A DNA stretch of 64,000 bases from Halodesulfurarchaeum sp. (GTDB taxonomy: Archaea; Halobacteriota; Halobacteria; Halobacteriales; Halobacteriaceae): NCBI GenBank assembly GCA_034520565.1, contig JAXHNL010000002.1, positions 1,024,001 to 1,088,000 of the forward strand. Reading direction: 5' to 3'. The notes beneath the pieces are model-generated. The model did no database searches. It saw nothing but the letters and a program-made list of their open reading frames with translations, and had not been told where the DNA came from. A program made the position numbers and the translations under genes. This document shows, one piece after another, positions 51,999 through 62,949 of this stretch. How positions within the stretch are numbered: position 1 is the stretch's first letter; each line of letters starts with the position of its first letter.

Positions 51999-52099
51999 CG
52001 TATATGTCTCTGGGCGACCCTCCACATTGAAAATACTGGTTCGTCCCGGGGAGCGACCGGGTGCCGAACACATTTACCCGGCCAGTCCCTTTTTCGGGT

Positions 52100-52339
52100 A
52101 TGACGCTCACGTTGTACGCCCTCGACGGGTGTCCGGACTGCGAGCGGGTGATGGAAACCCTCGACGAACACGATCTCGAATACGACGTCCACTGGGTCGA
52201 AGCCGCGTTCTCCACACGCGACGTGGTCAAGGAGCTTAGCAACCAGCGTAGCGTTCCCGTCCTCGAGGACGACGAGCACTCGGTCGTCATGGCAAATGCC
52301 GACCGGATCATCGATTACATCGAGACCACGCTGGCATGA
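52100..52339 (+). CDS. Glutaredoxin/GST N-terminal-like thioredoxin-fold protein
   Basis: LYALDGCPDCERV, SVPVL; stop overlaps the next start. Confidence 0.88.
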   Translation: MTLTLYALDGCPDCERVMETLDEHDLEYDVHWVEAAFSTRDVVKELSNQRSVPVLEDDEHSVVMANADRIIDYIETTLA

Positions 52340-52866
52340 CGATCTACACCGGACGCGGAGACCAGGGCGAGACGGATCTCTTCGACGGCTCGCGAGTGTC
52401 CAAAACCGACGCCCGCGTCGTGGCGTATGGAACCGTCGACGAACTCAACGCTCTCGTCGGCGTGGTCCACCCCACCGGATATGAAGACATCGACGACCGC
52501 CTCGAGGCCATTCAAAACCACCTTCACGTGCTCCAGGCGGACCTCGCGAACCCCGAGACGGGTGGGGACCCGAGCATCGAGCAGTCACACGTCGAGTCCC
52601 TCGAGAACTGGATCGACGAGATGGACGCGGAGCTGGAGCCACAGACCGCGTTCATCCTCCCCGGCGGTGGGACCGCGGGAGCGAGGCTGCATCATGCCCG
52701 AACGGTCTGCCGGCGTGCCGAACGGCAGGTGCTGGCCCTGGCGGAGCGAGAGGCCGTCTCGGAGGCGGTCGTCGTGTATCTCAACCGGCTGTCCGATCTG
52801 CTGTATGTCACGGCGCGGTTAGCGAACAAGCGGGACGGCGTGCCGGAACAGCATCCGACGTATTGA
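52336..52866 (+). CDS. PduO-type ATP:cob(I)alamin adenosyltransferase
   Basis: IYTGRGDQGET, YGTVDELN, FILPGG, ARTVCRRAER, YLNRLSD. Confidence 0.94.
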   Translation: MTIYTGRGDQGETDLFDGSRVSKTDARVVAYGTVDELNALVGVVHPTGYEDIDDRLEAIQNHLHVLQADLANPETGGDPSIEQSHVESLENWIDEMDAELEPQTAFILPGGGTAGARLHHARTVCRRAERQVLALAEREAVSEAVVVYLNRLSDLLYVTARLANKRDGVPEQHPTY

Positions 52867-52916
52867 GCGGCGAATCGGCAACGCTTAAGAGCGTCCTGTC
52901 ACTAGAGTCGTTCAGC

Positions 52917-52991
52917 GGGTCGGTGGTCTAGTCTGGCTATGACGGCTCCTTCACACGGAGCAGGCCGGCGGTTCGAATCCGCCTCGACCCA
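52917..52991 (+). tRNA. tRNA-Val(CAC)
   Basis: GGGTCGG acceptor stem, anticodon arm GCTCC-TTCACAC-GGAGC, T-arm GGCGG-TTCGAAT-CCGCC; TATA-like CTTAAG about 30 nt upstream. Confidence 0.96.
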
Positions 52992-53134
52992 TATTCGGCG
53001 ACTCTCACTTCGCAGCGACCAGCTCGCTGTGTCGCTGCGATGAGATCGCGGTCGTATATTGGTCAGCGGATTCGAGCCCTATCACGAGCGAGCTTGCGAG
53101 CGAAGTGATTTCGGTTCGAATCCGCCCCGACCCA
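52992..53134 (+). repeat. 143-bp tRNA-Val-linked cassette ending in a copy of the tRNA 3' end
   Basis: 52991-53133 matches the reverse complement of 18660-18802 with 3 substitutions; ends GGTTCGAATCCGCCCCGACCCA. Confidence 0.92.
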
Positions 53135-53340
53135 TCTACCGTTTGCTGCGCCTCGCTCACTACCGTTCGCTCGGCTTGCAAAAGCTGTCGCGCAGGAGCA
53201 GCTCCTGCTGGATGCCACGAAGCTTCGCTTCGTGAGCAGCCCAAAAGCCACCTCACCCCCTTCGGGGGTTCCTCGGCCCGAGCGCAGAGCGCTCGGTGAA
53301 TCGCGGCGCTCGGGTTCGCTGAACCGCTCGCGCCGCGAAT
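53135..53340 (+). repeat. Cluster of palindromic short repeats, partly homologous to 18541-18659
   Basis: Shared sequence blocks plus hairpins GCAGGAGC/GCTCCTGC, CACGAAGC/GCTTCGTG and TCGCGGCGC/GCGCCGCGA. Confidence 0.75.
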
Positions 53341-53426
53341 GCGTTCAGCCGATTTGGGTGTCGTTTGTGTCCCCTTCGCTGAGGGTCGGTCGTGCTCGGG
53401 AGTTTCGAATTGACCACTATTGCCGG

Positions 53427-55673
53427 CTACAACAACCGGTCCCGAAGCCGCTCGAAGAACCCACGCTTCTGGGCGCGCTCGGCGGAAATCATCGAGCAAT
53501 CGAGGTTCCTGACCAGACCGCTCACCGGCGATTCTCCCACCAGTTGGGAGAGCAATCCCCGTTCGCTCGCGCCCGAGATAACCAGTGATGCGTCCTCGGC
53601 TGCATCGACGATCGCCGGTTCGACGGGGCCGGTTTCGACGCGATGGGCTACGTCTTCGAGGTCGTGGTCGGAAGCCCATGCTTCGAGGAAGTCCCGTCCC
53701 TCCGTCGGTTCGTCGGCGACGTGCAGGAGCGTGATGTCCGAGTCGTACACCGAACGGAGATCCTTGGCGATCTCTGCGGAGAGGGCCGAATCCGGACCGC
53801 CCGCTGTTGGGACGAGGAGACTGGACGGATCGAACCCACGATCCTTGAAAACCAGGAAATCCGCGGGGAGTTCTCCGAATACCTCGTCCAGGGTTCCCTC
53901 GACCCGGCCGGTCGGGTGATGAGACTCCGGACCCCAGCCCATGACGACGAGGTCTGCGTCGTGTTCGCCGACCAGATCGAAGCCCTCCTGAATCGTCCGG
54001 TGGGAGAACACCGTCGCGGTCTCGACTGGGACGCCGAGTTCCTCGGCGTGGGTTTTGGCGGACTCGAGTAGCGATTCGGAGCGGTCACGCTCGGCGTCGA
54101 AGTGCTCGGCGGCATACTGGAGGGAAGTCTGTTCTGGGACCGAAATGATGTGGACCGCGTCGACGGTTCCGCCGCGTGCCTTTGCGATTGCCGCCGCGAG
54201 GGTGATGAGCTCCTGCTCGTGAGCCGGATTGGCGAGTGGCACCATCACCTTGAATTCCCCGCCCTCGGGATTCAGGCTCGTGGCCGCGGAGACGACCGAA
54301 TCGGGCATCTCCTCTTCCTGACTCGAGATGAAGTCCGAGAGGGCCCCTCGAACGGTGGTTCGTGACTGGGCGTAGGCGAAATACCAGGTGACCGCCCCGA
54401 GCACCAGGACGGCGCTGAATCCGACGACCTTCGGTTCGATGAAGACGATCAGCCCCAGCGACGTCAGCGCCCCCGCGATCGGGGTAAACGGATAGAGTGG
54501 CACGGTGTAGGAGGGATCGTAATCGGCCACGTTGGCCTCTCGGAACACGATCAAGCCGATGTTGAGCAGGGCATAAATGATCAGGTGGAGCACGCTTCCG
54601 AGGGTTGCGAGCAACTCGACGTTGCCGATCACGATGAACAGCAGGATGAGGCCCCCTGTAATCGCAATTGCCCGGTAGGGCGTGTTGAACCGGTAGTGAA
54701 CCTCGTTGAGCTTCGGGGAGATCAGCCGGTCACGGCCCATGGCGAAGTTGATGCGGGAGGAGGCGAGTATCGAGGCGTTCGCACTCGAGGCCGTGGCGAG
54801 CAACCCCCCGACCAGCAGGGCGATCGCGCCCGCCGGTCCGAGCAGCCGCCGACCGATCTCGACGACTGCGATGTTGCCAGCCAGCTGTTGTTCGGCGATG
54901 AACCCCGGCTCGACCGCCGCAGCCATCGTGATCAGGACGAGCGCGTAAATGACCGTGACGATGACGACGCTGCCGATGATGGCTCGCGGAAGGTTCCGAT
55001 CCGGGTTCTTGACTTCCTCGGCGACGCTGGTGATCTGGACGAAACCGAGGAATGAAACGAAGATGAGCCCCGTCGTCGTCAGCGTCGGGGTTAACCCTTT
55101 GCCTGCGGGCAGGTTTGCCGGGTCGGAACTGAACGCACCGACGACCGTAACCACGGCGAGGATACCCACGAGAATGGCGACGATCACGTTTTGAAGGGAG
55201 CCTGTTTCCCGCGCGCCGACGTAGTTGACCAGGACGAACAGGGTCGCACCGAAGAGGGCAAGGACTTTGACGACCGAGAGTGTGACCGGTCCAACGCCGA
55301 TCGCCCCGCCGAGCCCGAAAATCGTGCGGACGTACTCGCCGAACCCGACCATGTAAAACGCACTCGCGAATGCCAGCCCGAGCCAGTTCGCCCACCCGGC
55401 GATCGAGCCGAAAAGGGGGCCGAGGGCCCGGTTCACGTAGTAGTAAGCCCCGCCCGATCGTGGCATCGCTGTCCCGAGTTCGCTCGCGGAAAAGGCCGTC
55501 AAGATGGCTATTCCGCCGCCGATGACGAAAGACAGCACGGCGTGCCAGCCGGCCCGTTCGATGGCCGTGCCCGGCAGGACGAAAATGCCCGCGCCGATCA
55601 TCGTCCCGATACCGATCGTCAGTGCGGCCGCCAGCCCGAGGTCCTTCGAGAGTTCTGACTCGTGATGGCTCAT
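53427..55673 (-). CDS. APC family amino acid permease with C-terminal USP domains
   Basis: IGTMIGAGIF, ELGTAMPRSGG, AEEVKNPDRNLPRA, VMVPLANP. Confidence 0.92.
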   Translation of the reverse strand: MSHHESELSKDLGLAAALTIGIGTMIGAGIFVLPGTAIERAGWHAVLSFVIGGGIAILTAFSASELGTAMPRSGGAYYYVNRALGPLFGSIAGWANWLGLAFASAFYMVGFGEYVRTIFGLGGAIGVGPVTLSVVKVLALFGATLFVLVNYVGARETGSLQNVIVAILVGILAVVTVVGAFSSDPANLPAGKGLTPTLTTTGLIFVSFLGFVQITSVAEEVKNPDRNLPRAIIGSVVIVTVIYALVLITMAAAVEPGFIAEQQLAGNIAVVEIGRRLLGPAGAIALLVGGLLATASSANASILASSRINFAMGRDRLISPKLNEVHYRFNTPYRAIAITGGLILLFIVIGNVELLATLGSVLHLIIYALLNIGLIVFREANVADYDPSYTVPLYPFTPIAGALTSLGLIVFIEPKVVGFSAVLVLGAVTWYFAYAQSRTTVRGALSDFISSQEEEMPDSVVSAATSLNPEGGEFKVMVPLANPAHEQELITLAAAIAKARGGTVDAVHIISVPEQTSLQYAAEHFDAERDRSESLLESAKTHAEELGVPVETATVFSHRTIQEGFDLVGEHDADLVVMGWGPESHHPTGRVEGTLDEVFGELPADFLVFKDRGFDPSSLLVPTAGGPDSALSAEIAKDLRSVYDSDITLLHVADEPTEGRDFLEAWASDHDLEDVAHRVETGPVEPAIVDAAEDASLVISGASERGLLSQLVGESPVSGLVRNLDCSMISAERAQKRGFFERLRDRLL

Positions 55674-55975
55674 CAGGTGAAGACGGGATTCGTTCGACCC
55701 CAGCGGGTGTTTTGCGCCGACGGAGACGACAGCCAGGTGCAGACGTGCTGGGTATTCGACGGTCGGATGGGTTTACTTCCGACAGCCAACGAATGTCCGA
55801 GGTAAACCGGCCGATCTGCGTCCATGTTCCCCCGTATCCGCTACTGTCCCTTAAGCGCAATCACTCCGGTCAGGGACGAGGTAATCGAGACTCGAACGGT
55901 CCCAGACGCATCGCCGCTCAAGAGACTGTTTGTGCCTCCAGTAGCTATTTGGGCGTGTTGGGAAACCGTACGGAC

Positions 55976-57262
55976 ATGGCCCTCCGCCGAAGAGATTTTC
56001 TCGCCCGAGCCGCCGGGCTTCTCGCGACGGCCAGTCTCACTGCGTTGGCCGGCTGTGCTTCTTCCTGTCCCGACAGCGGCCGCCCGACCGCTGAGGAGAC
56101 GGTTTCGATCGATTCGCCGCCAACTGGTCCCTTCGAACGGACGCCAACCGGTACGTGGCCGGCAGAAACTGGCAATTCGGCGAATACCGGGTATACACAG
56201 CGTTCACTTCCCGAATCCGGGCTCTCCGTCCGCTGGAGCACACAGCTCGACATCCCCACAGAAGACGGCGTCGGGGTCGTCGCCAGCACCCCCGTGGTCG
56301 GTTCCGAGCGAGCCTCCGTCGCCGATCCGGAGCGGGTCCACGCCGTCTCCCTTCGGACGGGCGAGACCGAATGGGAGAGCGAGCGGCTTCCGGTGACCCA
56401 AACCGAGCATTATGGAACGTATCGCCCGGAGACGATCGCACCGCGTGTCGGGCCCGAGGGTCGAATTCTCGTGGGGCTCGAATCCGGGCTTGCAGCTCTC
56501 GACCCGAACGATGGTTCCACGGTTTGGAACGTTGCTGGTCTCTCTGCGGTCGGCCCGCCGACGGTCGCCGGTGACCTGCTCGTCGCCCAGGGCGAACGGA
56601 CCGTCAGGGCGTTCGACCCGGACGGGACCGAACGGTGGGAGACGGAAATAACGCGGGACGCGACACGGCGGCAACCCACAGCCACGGGCGAGGTGGTGGT
56701 TCTCCGGACCGACACTGGACTCGAAGCTCTCGATCCCGCGACCGGCGAGACGCGTTGGTCGCGGCGTGTTCAGGCGGAGTCCCAGCCGGCCATCGACGAC
56801 GGAATCGTGTTCCTGGGGACAGACGAGGGGTTATTGGGACTCGACGCCACCGACGGCACCGACCGATTCGCGTATTCCCGGGGCGACTACATGGCCTTTC
56901 ACTCGCTGGTGGTTGCGCCCGAGACGGTCTACGTCGTCGAACAACCGCCGGAAGCGGGGGCATCGTCGTTCGCCCTTTCTCGAACCACTGACGGGGTGGA
57001 ACCGCGCTGGTGTTCGTCCATCGGTGACGGAAGCGTCACGGCGGCGACCGACCACCGGGCACTCGGGCGCTTCGAACTCGGGACTGGCCCGGGTGCCGCG
57101 CGGAGCGTCGCGAGCTTCACGGCCGACGCGGGCGCGGTCGACTGGGCAATCGAGGGCGGTTCGCGGTCGGACACCTGGCTCAACCCGCCGGCGCTCCTCG
57201 AGGGAGTCCTCGTCCTGACGACCCGCGGTGGTCGGGTCCTCGCCGTTTCGAGGGGTGACTGA
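55976..57262 (+). CDS. Tat lipoprotein with a PQQ-like beta-propeller
   Basis: MALRRRDFL, LAGC lipobox, repeated ALDPxxGxxxW. Confidence 0.88.
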   Translation: MALRRRDFLARAAGLLATASLTALAGCASSCPDSGRPTAEETVSIDSPPTGPFERTPTGTWPAETGNSANTGYTQRSLPESGLSVRWSTQLDIPTEDGVGVVASTPVVGSERASVADPERVHAVSLRTGETEWESERLPVTQTEHYGTYRPETIAPRVGPEGRILVGLESGLAALDPNDGSTVWNVAGLSAVGPPTVAGDLLVAQGERTVRAFDPDGTERWETEITRDATRRQPTATGEVVVLRTDTGLEALDPATGETRWSRRVQAESQPAIDDGIVFLGTDEGLLGLDATDGTDRFAYSRGDYMAFHSLVVAPETVYVVEQPPEAGASSFALSRTTDGVEPRWCSSIGDGSVTAATDHRALGRFELGTGPGAARSVASFTADAGAVDWAIEGGSRSDTWLNPPALLEGVLVLTTRGGRVLAVSRGD

Positions 57263-57264
57263 CC

Positions 57265-57891
57265 GTGGTCGACCGCTGGCAAAACGTCGCCGGGGTATGC
57301 GCGCTCGTTGGCGGTGGGTTGGTCGTCGTCTCATCGATTCCGCCGGCATGGTACGGCGTCGAACCGACCGACTCCTACCTGTTCGACCCGGCGGTTTTCA
57401 GTCCACTCTGGACCGAACGGATGCTGATGCCGCTTTTGTCTCTCGGTGCACTGGTGGGCTTGCTCGTCGGGGTCGGAGCTCTCGTCTATCGGGACTGGTC
57501 AGTCTCCCGCACGCTCAGGGTGGGTGGCTCCCTCGCCGTACTGGGAGGAACGACACTGGCCGTCGGGCTGTATGGCCCGGAATTCGTCAGCCCGGCCGGT
57601 ACTCCTGTCGGACCGGTTGCGGGGATCGCCGGGTTTGCCCTCCTCGTTTGGGGTGGGCTCTTGCTCCTCGTTGGCGGGCCCCTGCTCGCGTATTCGTACC
57701 TCCGGGCCGGTCGCCGGTGGCTCGCCGGGACGATTCTTGGCGTCGTGCCGATGATGCTTCTCATCGGATCTCTCTTCCCCGGTGGTATTGCTGACCTCGG
57801 GAGTTCGATTCCGGCTTTCGTTCTCGGAGTCGTGATCGCCCGGGATCTCGTTTTACGGGAGCCGGCTGGGCGCGATATGGGAACTGTATAA
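57265..57891 (+). CDS. Integral membrane protein
   Basis: About six hydrophobic segments; starts 2 nt after the lipoprotein stop. Confidence 0.75.
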   Translation: MVDRWQNVAGVCALVGGGLVVVSSIPPAWYGVEPTDSYLFDPAVFSPLWTERMLMPLLSLGALVGLLVGVGALVYRDWSVSRTLRVGGSLAVLGGTTLAVGLYGPEFVSPAGTPVGPVAGIAGFALLVWGGLLLLVGGPLLAYSYLRAGRRWLAGTILGVVPMMLLIGSLFPGGIADLGSSIPAFVLGVVIARDLVLREPAGRDMGTV

Positions 57892-57967
57892 CTTATGGGA
57901 ATGTGCTGACTAACCCTCCCAAAGGAATTATATACCCTTCTCATGTAGTATCGTTCGGGTGAATATA

Positions 57968-58198
57968 ATGGCTACCTACTACGACTACGTCCTCGGTTTC
58001 ATTCCCCTCGTTTTGCTCGGTATCGGTGGCGGCCTCCACGTTGCTGGCCTGCAGTTGCAGGTGGCACTGGCGACCAGTGGCCTCCTCGCAATCGGACTGA
58101 TGGGTCATGCCCTCTTCGTCAACAGTCCCGTGGACGGGGGCCACCAGCAATCCGCCGAACCGGTCGAGACCCAACCGTCGTACTCGATGTCCGACTGA
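57968..58198 (+). CDS. Small two-TM membrane protein
   Basis: MATYYDYVLGFIP...GHALFVNSP; AT-rich TTATATA promoter element upstream. Confidence 0.78.
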   Translation: MATYYDYVLGFIPLVLLGIGGGLHVAGLQLQVALATSGLLAIGLMGHALFVNSPVDGGHQQSAEPVETQPSYSMSD

Positions 58199-58280
58199 CC
58201 ACCAGACGGTCGTTTTTCGGTTCCGTTCGGCGATCTCCCGTTCCCAGCCAGCTAAGTAACTGGGAGCCACCCACTCGATC

Positions 58281-59027
58281 ATGGCAACTGCCGTCGGCGT
58301 GGACTGGGCCGGAAACGGGTGGGTCGCCGCGAGTCTCGAGGATGGGGAGTGGTCCGTGGAGTTTTTCCCGACCGTTCTGAATCTCTGGCACGCCCACCGC
58401 GAGGCCGAGACGATTCTACTCGACATTCCGATCGGGCTCCGCGAGTCGGGGAAACGGGCCTGTGACCTGGCTGCGAAGTCGGCACTCGGTGGCAACCGAC
58501 AGGCGAGCGTCTTTCTCACGCCGACCCGTGAAGCGGTCTTCGCCCCGGACATCGAGACGGCCAAGGCTCGCCAGCAGCCGGCGGATTTCAGCGTGCAAAA
58601 CCAGGCCTGGGCGATCGTGCCCCGAATCCGGGAACTGGACGTGTTTCTCCGCGAATTCGAGGGGGAAGTCACCGAGGACCAGCTCCTCGAAGCCCATCCC
58701 GAACTGTGCTTTTCGGGGCTGAACGGCGGTGAGCCGATCGACGTTTCGAAAGGGACAGACGAAGGAAGGGAGGCCCGACTGGCCGTGCTCGAATCGGTTG
58801 ATCCGGCCCTCAGAGCCACCTTCGAGGAAGCTGTCGAGACCTTCACCCGTCCATCGTACGCGCCGACGATCGCCGCCTCGAAAACTGACGACATTCTCGA
58901 CGCACTCGTGCTGGCCGCGTCCGCCGCGCAGGGTGTCGAGAACCTCGAACGCCTCCCCGCCGATCCCGACCACGATCCAGTGCTCGATCGGCAGATAGAG
59001 ATCGTGTACGGTACGGTCCAGCGGTAG
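58281..59027 (+). CDS. DUF429 (RNase H-fold) protein
   Basis: VGVDW, LDIPIGL, EAHPELCF, DDILDAL. Confidence 0.88.
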   Translation: MATAVGVDWAGNGWVAASLEDGEWSVEFFPTVLNLWHAHREAETILLDIPIGLRESGKRACDLAAKSALGGNRQASVFLTPTREAVFAPDIETAKARQQPADFSVQNQAWAIVPRIRELDVFLREFEGEVTEDQLLEAHPELCFSGLNGGEPIDVSKGTDEGREARLAVLESVDPALRATFEEAVETFTRPSYAPTIAASKTDDILDALVLAASAAQGVENLERLPADPDHDPVLDRQIEIVYGTVQR

Positions 59028-59049
59028 TGATCTCGGTCCGGTCGGACCG

Positions 59050-59919
59050 TTAGTCCAGTTCGGCGACGAGCGACGCGACTTCTCCTGGCGTTTTCCCGAC
59101 CGGAACGCCGGCCGCTTCGAAGGCTTCGATCTTGCTTTCGGCCGTCCCCGTCCCGGACCCGGAGACGATCGCGCCCGCGTGACCCATTCGAGTCCCCTTG
59201 GGGGCGGTTCGACCGGCGACGAAACCGACAACGGGCGTGTCCATCTCCCGCTGGATAAAGGCAGCCGCTTCCTCCTCGTCCTCGCCGCCGATCTCCCCGA
59301 TCAGGACGACCGCTTCCGTGTCCGGATCGCGCTCGAAGTCGGTGAGCACCTCCTGAAACCCGGTGCCGACGATCGGATCGCCGCCGATCCCCACCGCAGT
59401 TGACTGCCCGAGCCCCTCGTTTGTCAGGTTCTCGACGATCTGGTAGGTCAGGGTCCCCGAGCGCGAAACGACCCCGACAGACCCGGGTTCGAAGACCTCG
59501 CCCGGCAGGATCCCGAGTTTGCTCACACCGGGGGTGATCACACCGGGACAGTTCGGACCGACCAATCGCGTTTCGACCTCCTGGAGCCGCTTGTACACCC
59601 GGGAAACGTCGTGAACGGGAATTCCCTCGGTAATCGCGACGACCAGATCGAGGTTCGCGTCGAGGGCCTCGAAGAGGGCGTCCGCGGCGAACGCGGGTGG
59701 AACGAACACCACCGACGCGTCCGCCCCCTCCTGCTCGACGGCTGCCTCGACCCGGTCGTAGACTGGAATCCCCGCCACCGTCTGGCCGCCCCGGCCCGGA
59801 ACGGCACCGGCGACGACGTTCGTCCCGTACTCGAGCATCTGCTCCGTGTGGAACTCACCCTGGGAGCCGGTGATCCCCTGGACGACCACTCGCGTGTCCG
59901 CGTCGACGAGAATACTCAT
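59050..59919 (-). CDS. sucD: Succinyl-CoA synthetase alpha subunit
   Basis: [32 protein letters not shown]. Confidence 0.96.
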   Translation of the reverse strand: MSILVDADTRVVVQGITGSQGEFHTEQMLEYGTNVVAGAVPGRGGQTVAGIPVYDRVEAAVEQEGADASVVFVPPAFAADALFEALDANLDLVVAITEGIPVHDVSRVYKRLQEVETRLVGPNCPGVITPGVSKLGILPGEVFEPGSVGVVSRSGTLTYQIVENLTNEGLGQSTAVGIGGDPIVGTGFQEVLTDFERDPDTEAVVLIGEIGGEDEEEAAAFIQREMDTPVVGFVAGRTAPKGTRMGHAGAIVSGSGTGTAESKIEAFEAAGVPVGKTPGEVASLVAELD

Positions 59920-61058
59920 GTGTCTCCCCCCTGGGCCAGCTCGACGGCCCGATTGACGGCCGATTCGAAGGTCGACTCGGTGTGAACCGCGTCTGTCAGC
60001 TGTTCGCGGCCGGCAGCGGCGTTCGTCCCGGCGAGCCGGACGACGACGGGGACTGGCAACGACTCGTATTCGGCCACCGCGGCGTTGATCCCCGCGGCTA
60101 CCTCGTCGCCCCGGGTGATGCCCCCGAAGATGTTGATCAGGACCACCTCGACGTTCGGGTCGGCAAAGACCACGTCGAGGGCGGCTCCCACTCGTTCCTC
60201 GTCGGCCCCGCCGCCGACGTCGAGGAAGTTCGCCGGCGAGCCGCCGAAGTGATCGATGAGATCGAGCGTGGTCATGACCAGTCCGGCGCCGTTTCCGAGC
60301 ACGCCCACCGACCCGTCGAGGCGGACGTATTCGAACCCGGCCTCGTCTGCCCGCCGTTCGAGTTCGTCGCCGCCGGTCTCGGCGTCTATCCCGGCGAGTT
60401 CGGGCTGTCTGAAGAGTGCGTCGTCGTCGATGTTGAGAACGGCGTCGGCAGCCACCACCTCGCCTTCCTCGGTGACCATGAGTGGGTTGATTTCGGCGTC
60501 GGTCGCGTCTTTCTCCGCCCAGATCCGGTAGAGGGCCTGAAGGACCTCGGCAACGTCCCCAGCGACGTCGCCCTCGATTCCAGCGCGGGCGACCGCGTTT
60601 CGGGCCTGGTAGGGGTGCAGTCCGAAGGCGGGATCGACGTGGCTGCGGCCGATTGCCGTCGGCGTCTCGCTTGCCACGGACTCGATGTCGACGCCCCCCT
60701 TCGCGGAAGCCATGACGACCGGTTTGCGCTCGCCCCGGTCCATCGTGACCCCGAGATAGAGTTCCGTTTCGGCATCGACGGCCGCCTCGACGAGCAGCGT
60801 TTCCACGGGGTAGCCATCGATCTCCATGCCGAGGATCGAGTCGGCGGCCTCCCGAAGTTCGGCCTCGGTCTCGACGATGGCGATCCCGCCCGCTTTCCCC
60901 CGTCCTCCGACCGGAACCTGGGCCTTCACCGCGACCGGGTATCCGAGTTCGCCGGCCGCGCGCAGCGCCGATCGAACGTCCTCGACGACTGCCGAGGCGG
61001 GAGTTTGGATTCCCGCCGCGTCGAAGACCTCCTTCGCCCGAAACTCGTGCAGTCGCAT
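59916..61058 (-). CDS. sucC: Succinyl-CoA synthetase beta subunit
   Basis: [43 protein letters not shown]. Confidence 0.96.
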   Translation of the reverse strand: MRLHEFRAKEVFDAAGIQTPASAVVEDVRSALRAAGELGYPVAVKAQVPVGGRGKAGGIAIVETEAELREAADSILGMEIDGYPVETLLVEAAVDAETELYLGVTMDRGERKPVVMASAKGGVDIESVASETPTAIGRSHVDPAFGLHPYQARNAVARAGIEGDVAGDVAEVLQALYRIWAEKDATDAEINPLMVTEEGEVVAADAVLNIDDDALFRQPELAGIDAETGGDELERRADEAGFEYVRLDGSVGVLGNGAGLVMTTLDLIDHFGGSPANFLDVGGGADEERVGAALDVVFADPNVEVVLINIFGGITRGDEVAAGINAAVAEYESLPVPVVVRLAGTNAAAGREQLTDAVHTESTFESAVNRAVELAQGGDT

Positions 61059-61171
61059 GCTCGGATCGGGGTGCGGAGCGCGCTTAAACCCACGGCATCC
61101 GGCTGAACGGGCTTTATATATCCGGCCGATCGGGCCCGACATTTATCGGGCTCGGGCCTCCAGGACGTGGC

Positions 61172-62155
61172 ATGCGAGCCGTTCGATACCACGAACACGG
61201 AGACTCCTCCGTTTTGGCCGTCGAGCCGATCGACCGCCCCGAACCACGGCGGGACGAGATCCTCGTCGAGGTCGGAGCCGCCGCTGTCAACCCCGTCGAT
61301 ACGTACTTTCGGACGGGCGAATATACCCCTGCAGGCCTCCCGATGATTCCGGGGGCTGACGTGGCTGGAACCGTCGCGGCTATCGGGCCAGCGGTGCAGA
61401 ACCTCGAAGTCGGGGATCGGGTGTTCGGAACCGGACTCGGGAACGATCGCCAGGGAACCTATGCGGAGTACGCCGTCGGCCCGGCCGATCACTTCGCTTC
61501 CCTCCCGGGTCCGGTTTCGTTTTCCGAGGAACTGCTGTCGCCCTGGTCGGTGTGACTGCCTGGCGCGCGCTGATCGATCACGCGGCACTCTCCCTCTCCG
61601 AAACAGCCCTCATCCACGGGGGGTCCGGGGGCGTTGGGCACGTCGCCGTCCAACTTGCCGCTGCCGCCGGGGCCGAGGTGATCGCGACAGCGAGACCGGA
61701 TACCCACGAGCGACTCAGTGATCTTGGTGCCGATCACACATTGGACTACCGTCGCGACGACCTCGCAGAGGCGGTAATCGATCGGGCTCGCCCCGACGTG
61801 ATCCTCGATCACCGAAGGAGCTGGAAGCGACTGGCTCCAGATCGAGCGCCGCTGGGCTTCGCGGCAGGTCGGGACCGGGTCGTCGGTAGATCGGCAAGCA
61901 CCGAGCCGCGCCGGCTTCGCCGAGCGCCCGCCGCCAGGGGCAAAGACCTCTTCGGCTGGTGCTGACGAGGATGTTCAAGACGCCGCCACGCCACGCGGCC
62001 ATCCTTTCCCGAGCTCGGGAACGCTCCTGGAGAACGGGCGAAGTCGCCGGCCGGCGAGCAACTGGACACGGACGTACGATCTCGAGGCGGCTCCCGCGGC
62101 ACAGCGAGCGGTCCTGGATGACCAGTTCCTCGGCAAGCTGGTCGTCGAACCGTGA
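61172..62155 (+). pseudogene. NADPH:quinone reductase (MDR family), multiply frameshifted
   Basis: AVNPVD, PGADVAG; second frame TAWRAL..LIHGGSGGVG; terminal GKLVVEP-stop at 62153-62155; breaks near 61530 and 61815-62100. Confidence 0.75.
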
Positions 62156-62187
62156 GTATATCCACGTCACGCGCGATTCCTTTTCGT

Positions 62188-62897
62188 ATGGACGCAACAA
62201 CTTCGACTTCACCGACGGCGTGGCACTGGTGACGGGTGTTTCGGGGAGTCTGGGAAGCCACGTCGCGGCCGCGTTCCTCGAGGCCGGCGCCACGGTGGCC
62301 GGGACGTCTCGGAGCCCACCGAATGAAGGCGAGGCAGCCGTCTCGGCGTCGGACATCCACTTTTACGAGGCGGATCTCACCGACGAGGCCGCCGTCGCGA
62401 ATCTCGTCGACGCGGTCCTCGCGAATCACGGTCGGATCGACTATCTGCTGAACGTCGCCGGGACCTGGGCCGGCGGCGATTCGATCGAGGAGACGGACCT
62501 CGAAACGTTCGAACACGTCTTCGACGTCAATCTCAAGACCGCCTTCCTCGCGTCGAAACACGCACTCCCGCACATCGCGGAAACCGAAGGTGCCATCGTC
62601 AACGTGAGCGCGAAAGCGTCTCTTTCCGGTGGCGTGGGCGACGGCCCCTACCGCGCCTCGAAAGCGGGCGTCCGCCTCTTGACCGAAACCATCGCCGAGG
62701 AGCAGGCCGGAACCGTGCGGGCCAACGCGGTCATGCCGAGTGTGATCGATACGCCGGCCAACCGGGACATGATTCCAAACGGCGACGTCGAGAAGTGGGT
62801 CGACCCACAGGACATCGCGCTGACGATGCTGTCGCTGTGTAGCGACGCGACGGTAGCGACGAGTGGGGCGGCCGTTCCCGTGTTCGGCGAACTGTAA
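62188..62897 (+). CDS. SDR family oxidoreductase; apparent frameshift just after the start codon
   Basis: ALVTGVSGSLG, LNVAG, YRASK, VMPSVIDT; ATG 62188 is out of frame with the body. Confidence 0.82.
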
Positions 62898-62949
62898 CCC
62901 GGAACCTGCTCGTAACCGCTCTGCCGGACCGGTGACCTCCCGGCGGGTT

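Noticed and set aside
4193-52866. cobT, nrdJ and the PduO-type adenosyltransferase as a cobalamin gene cluster
   Set aside because: Functionally coherent but scattered over 48 kb with unrelated genes between them
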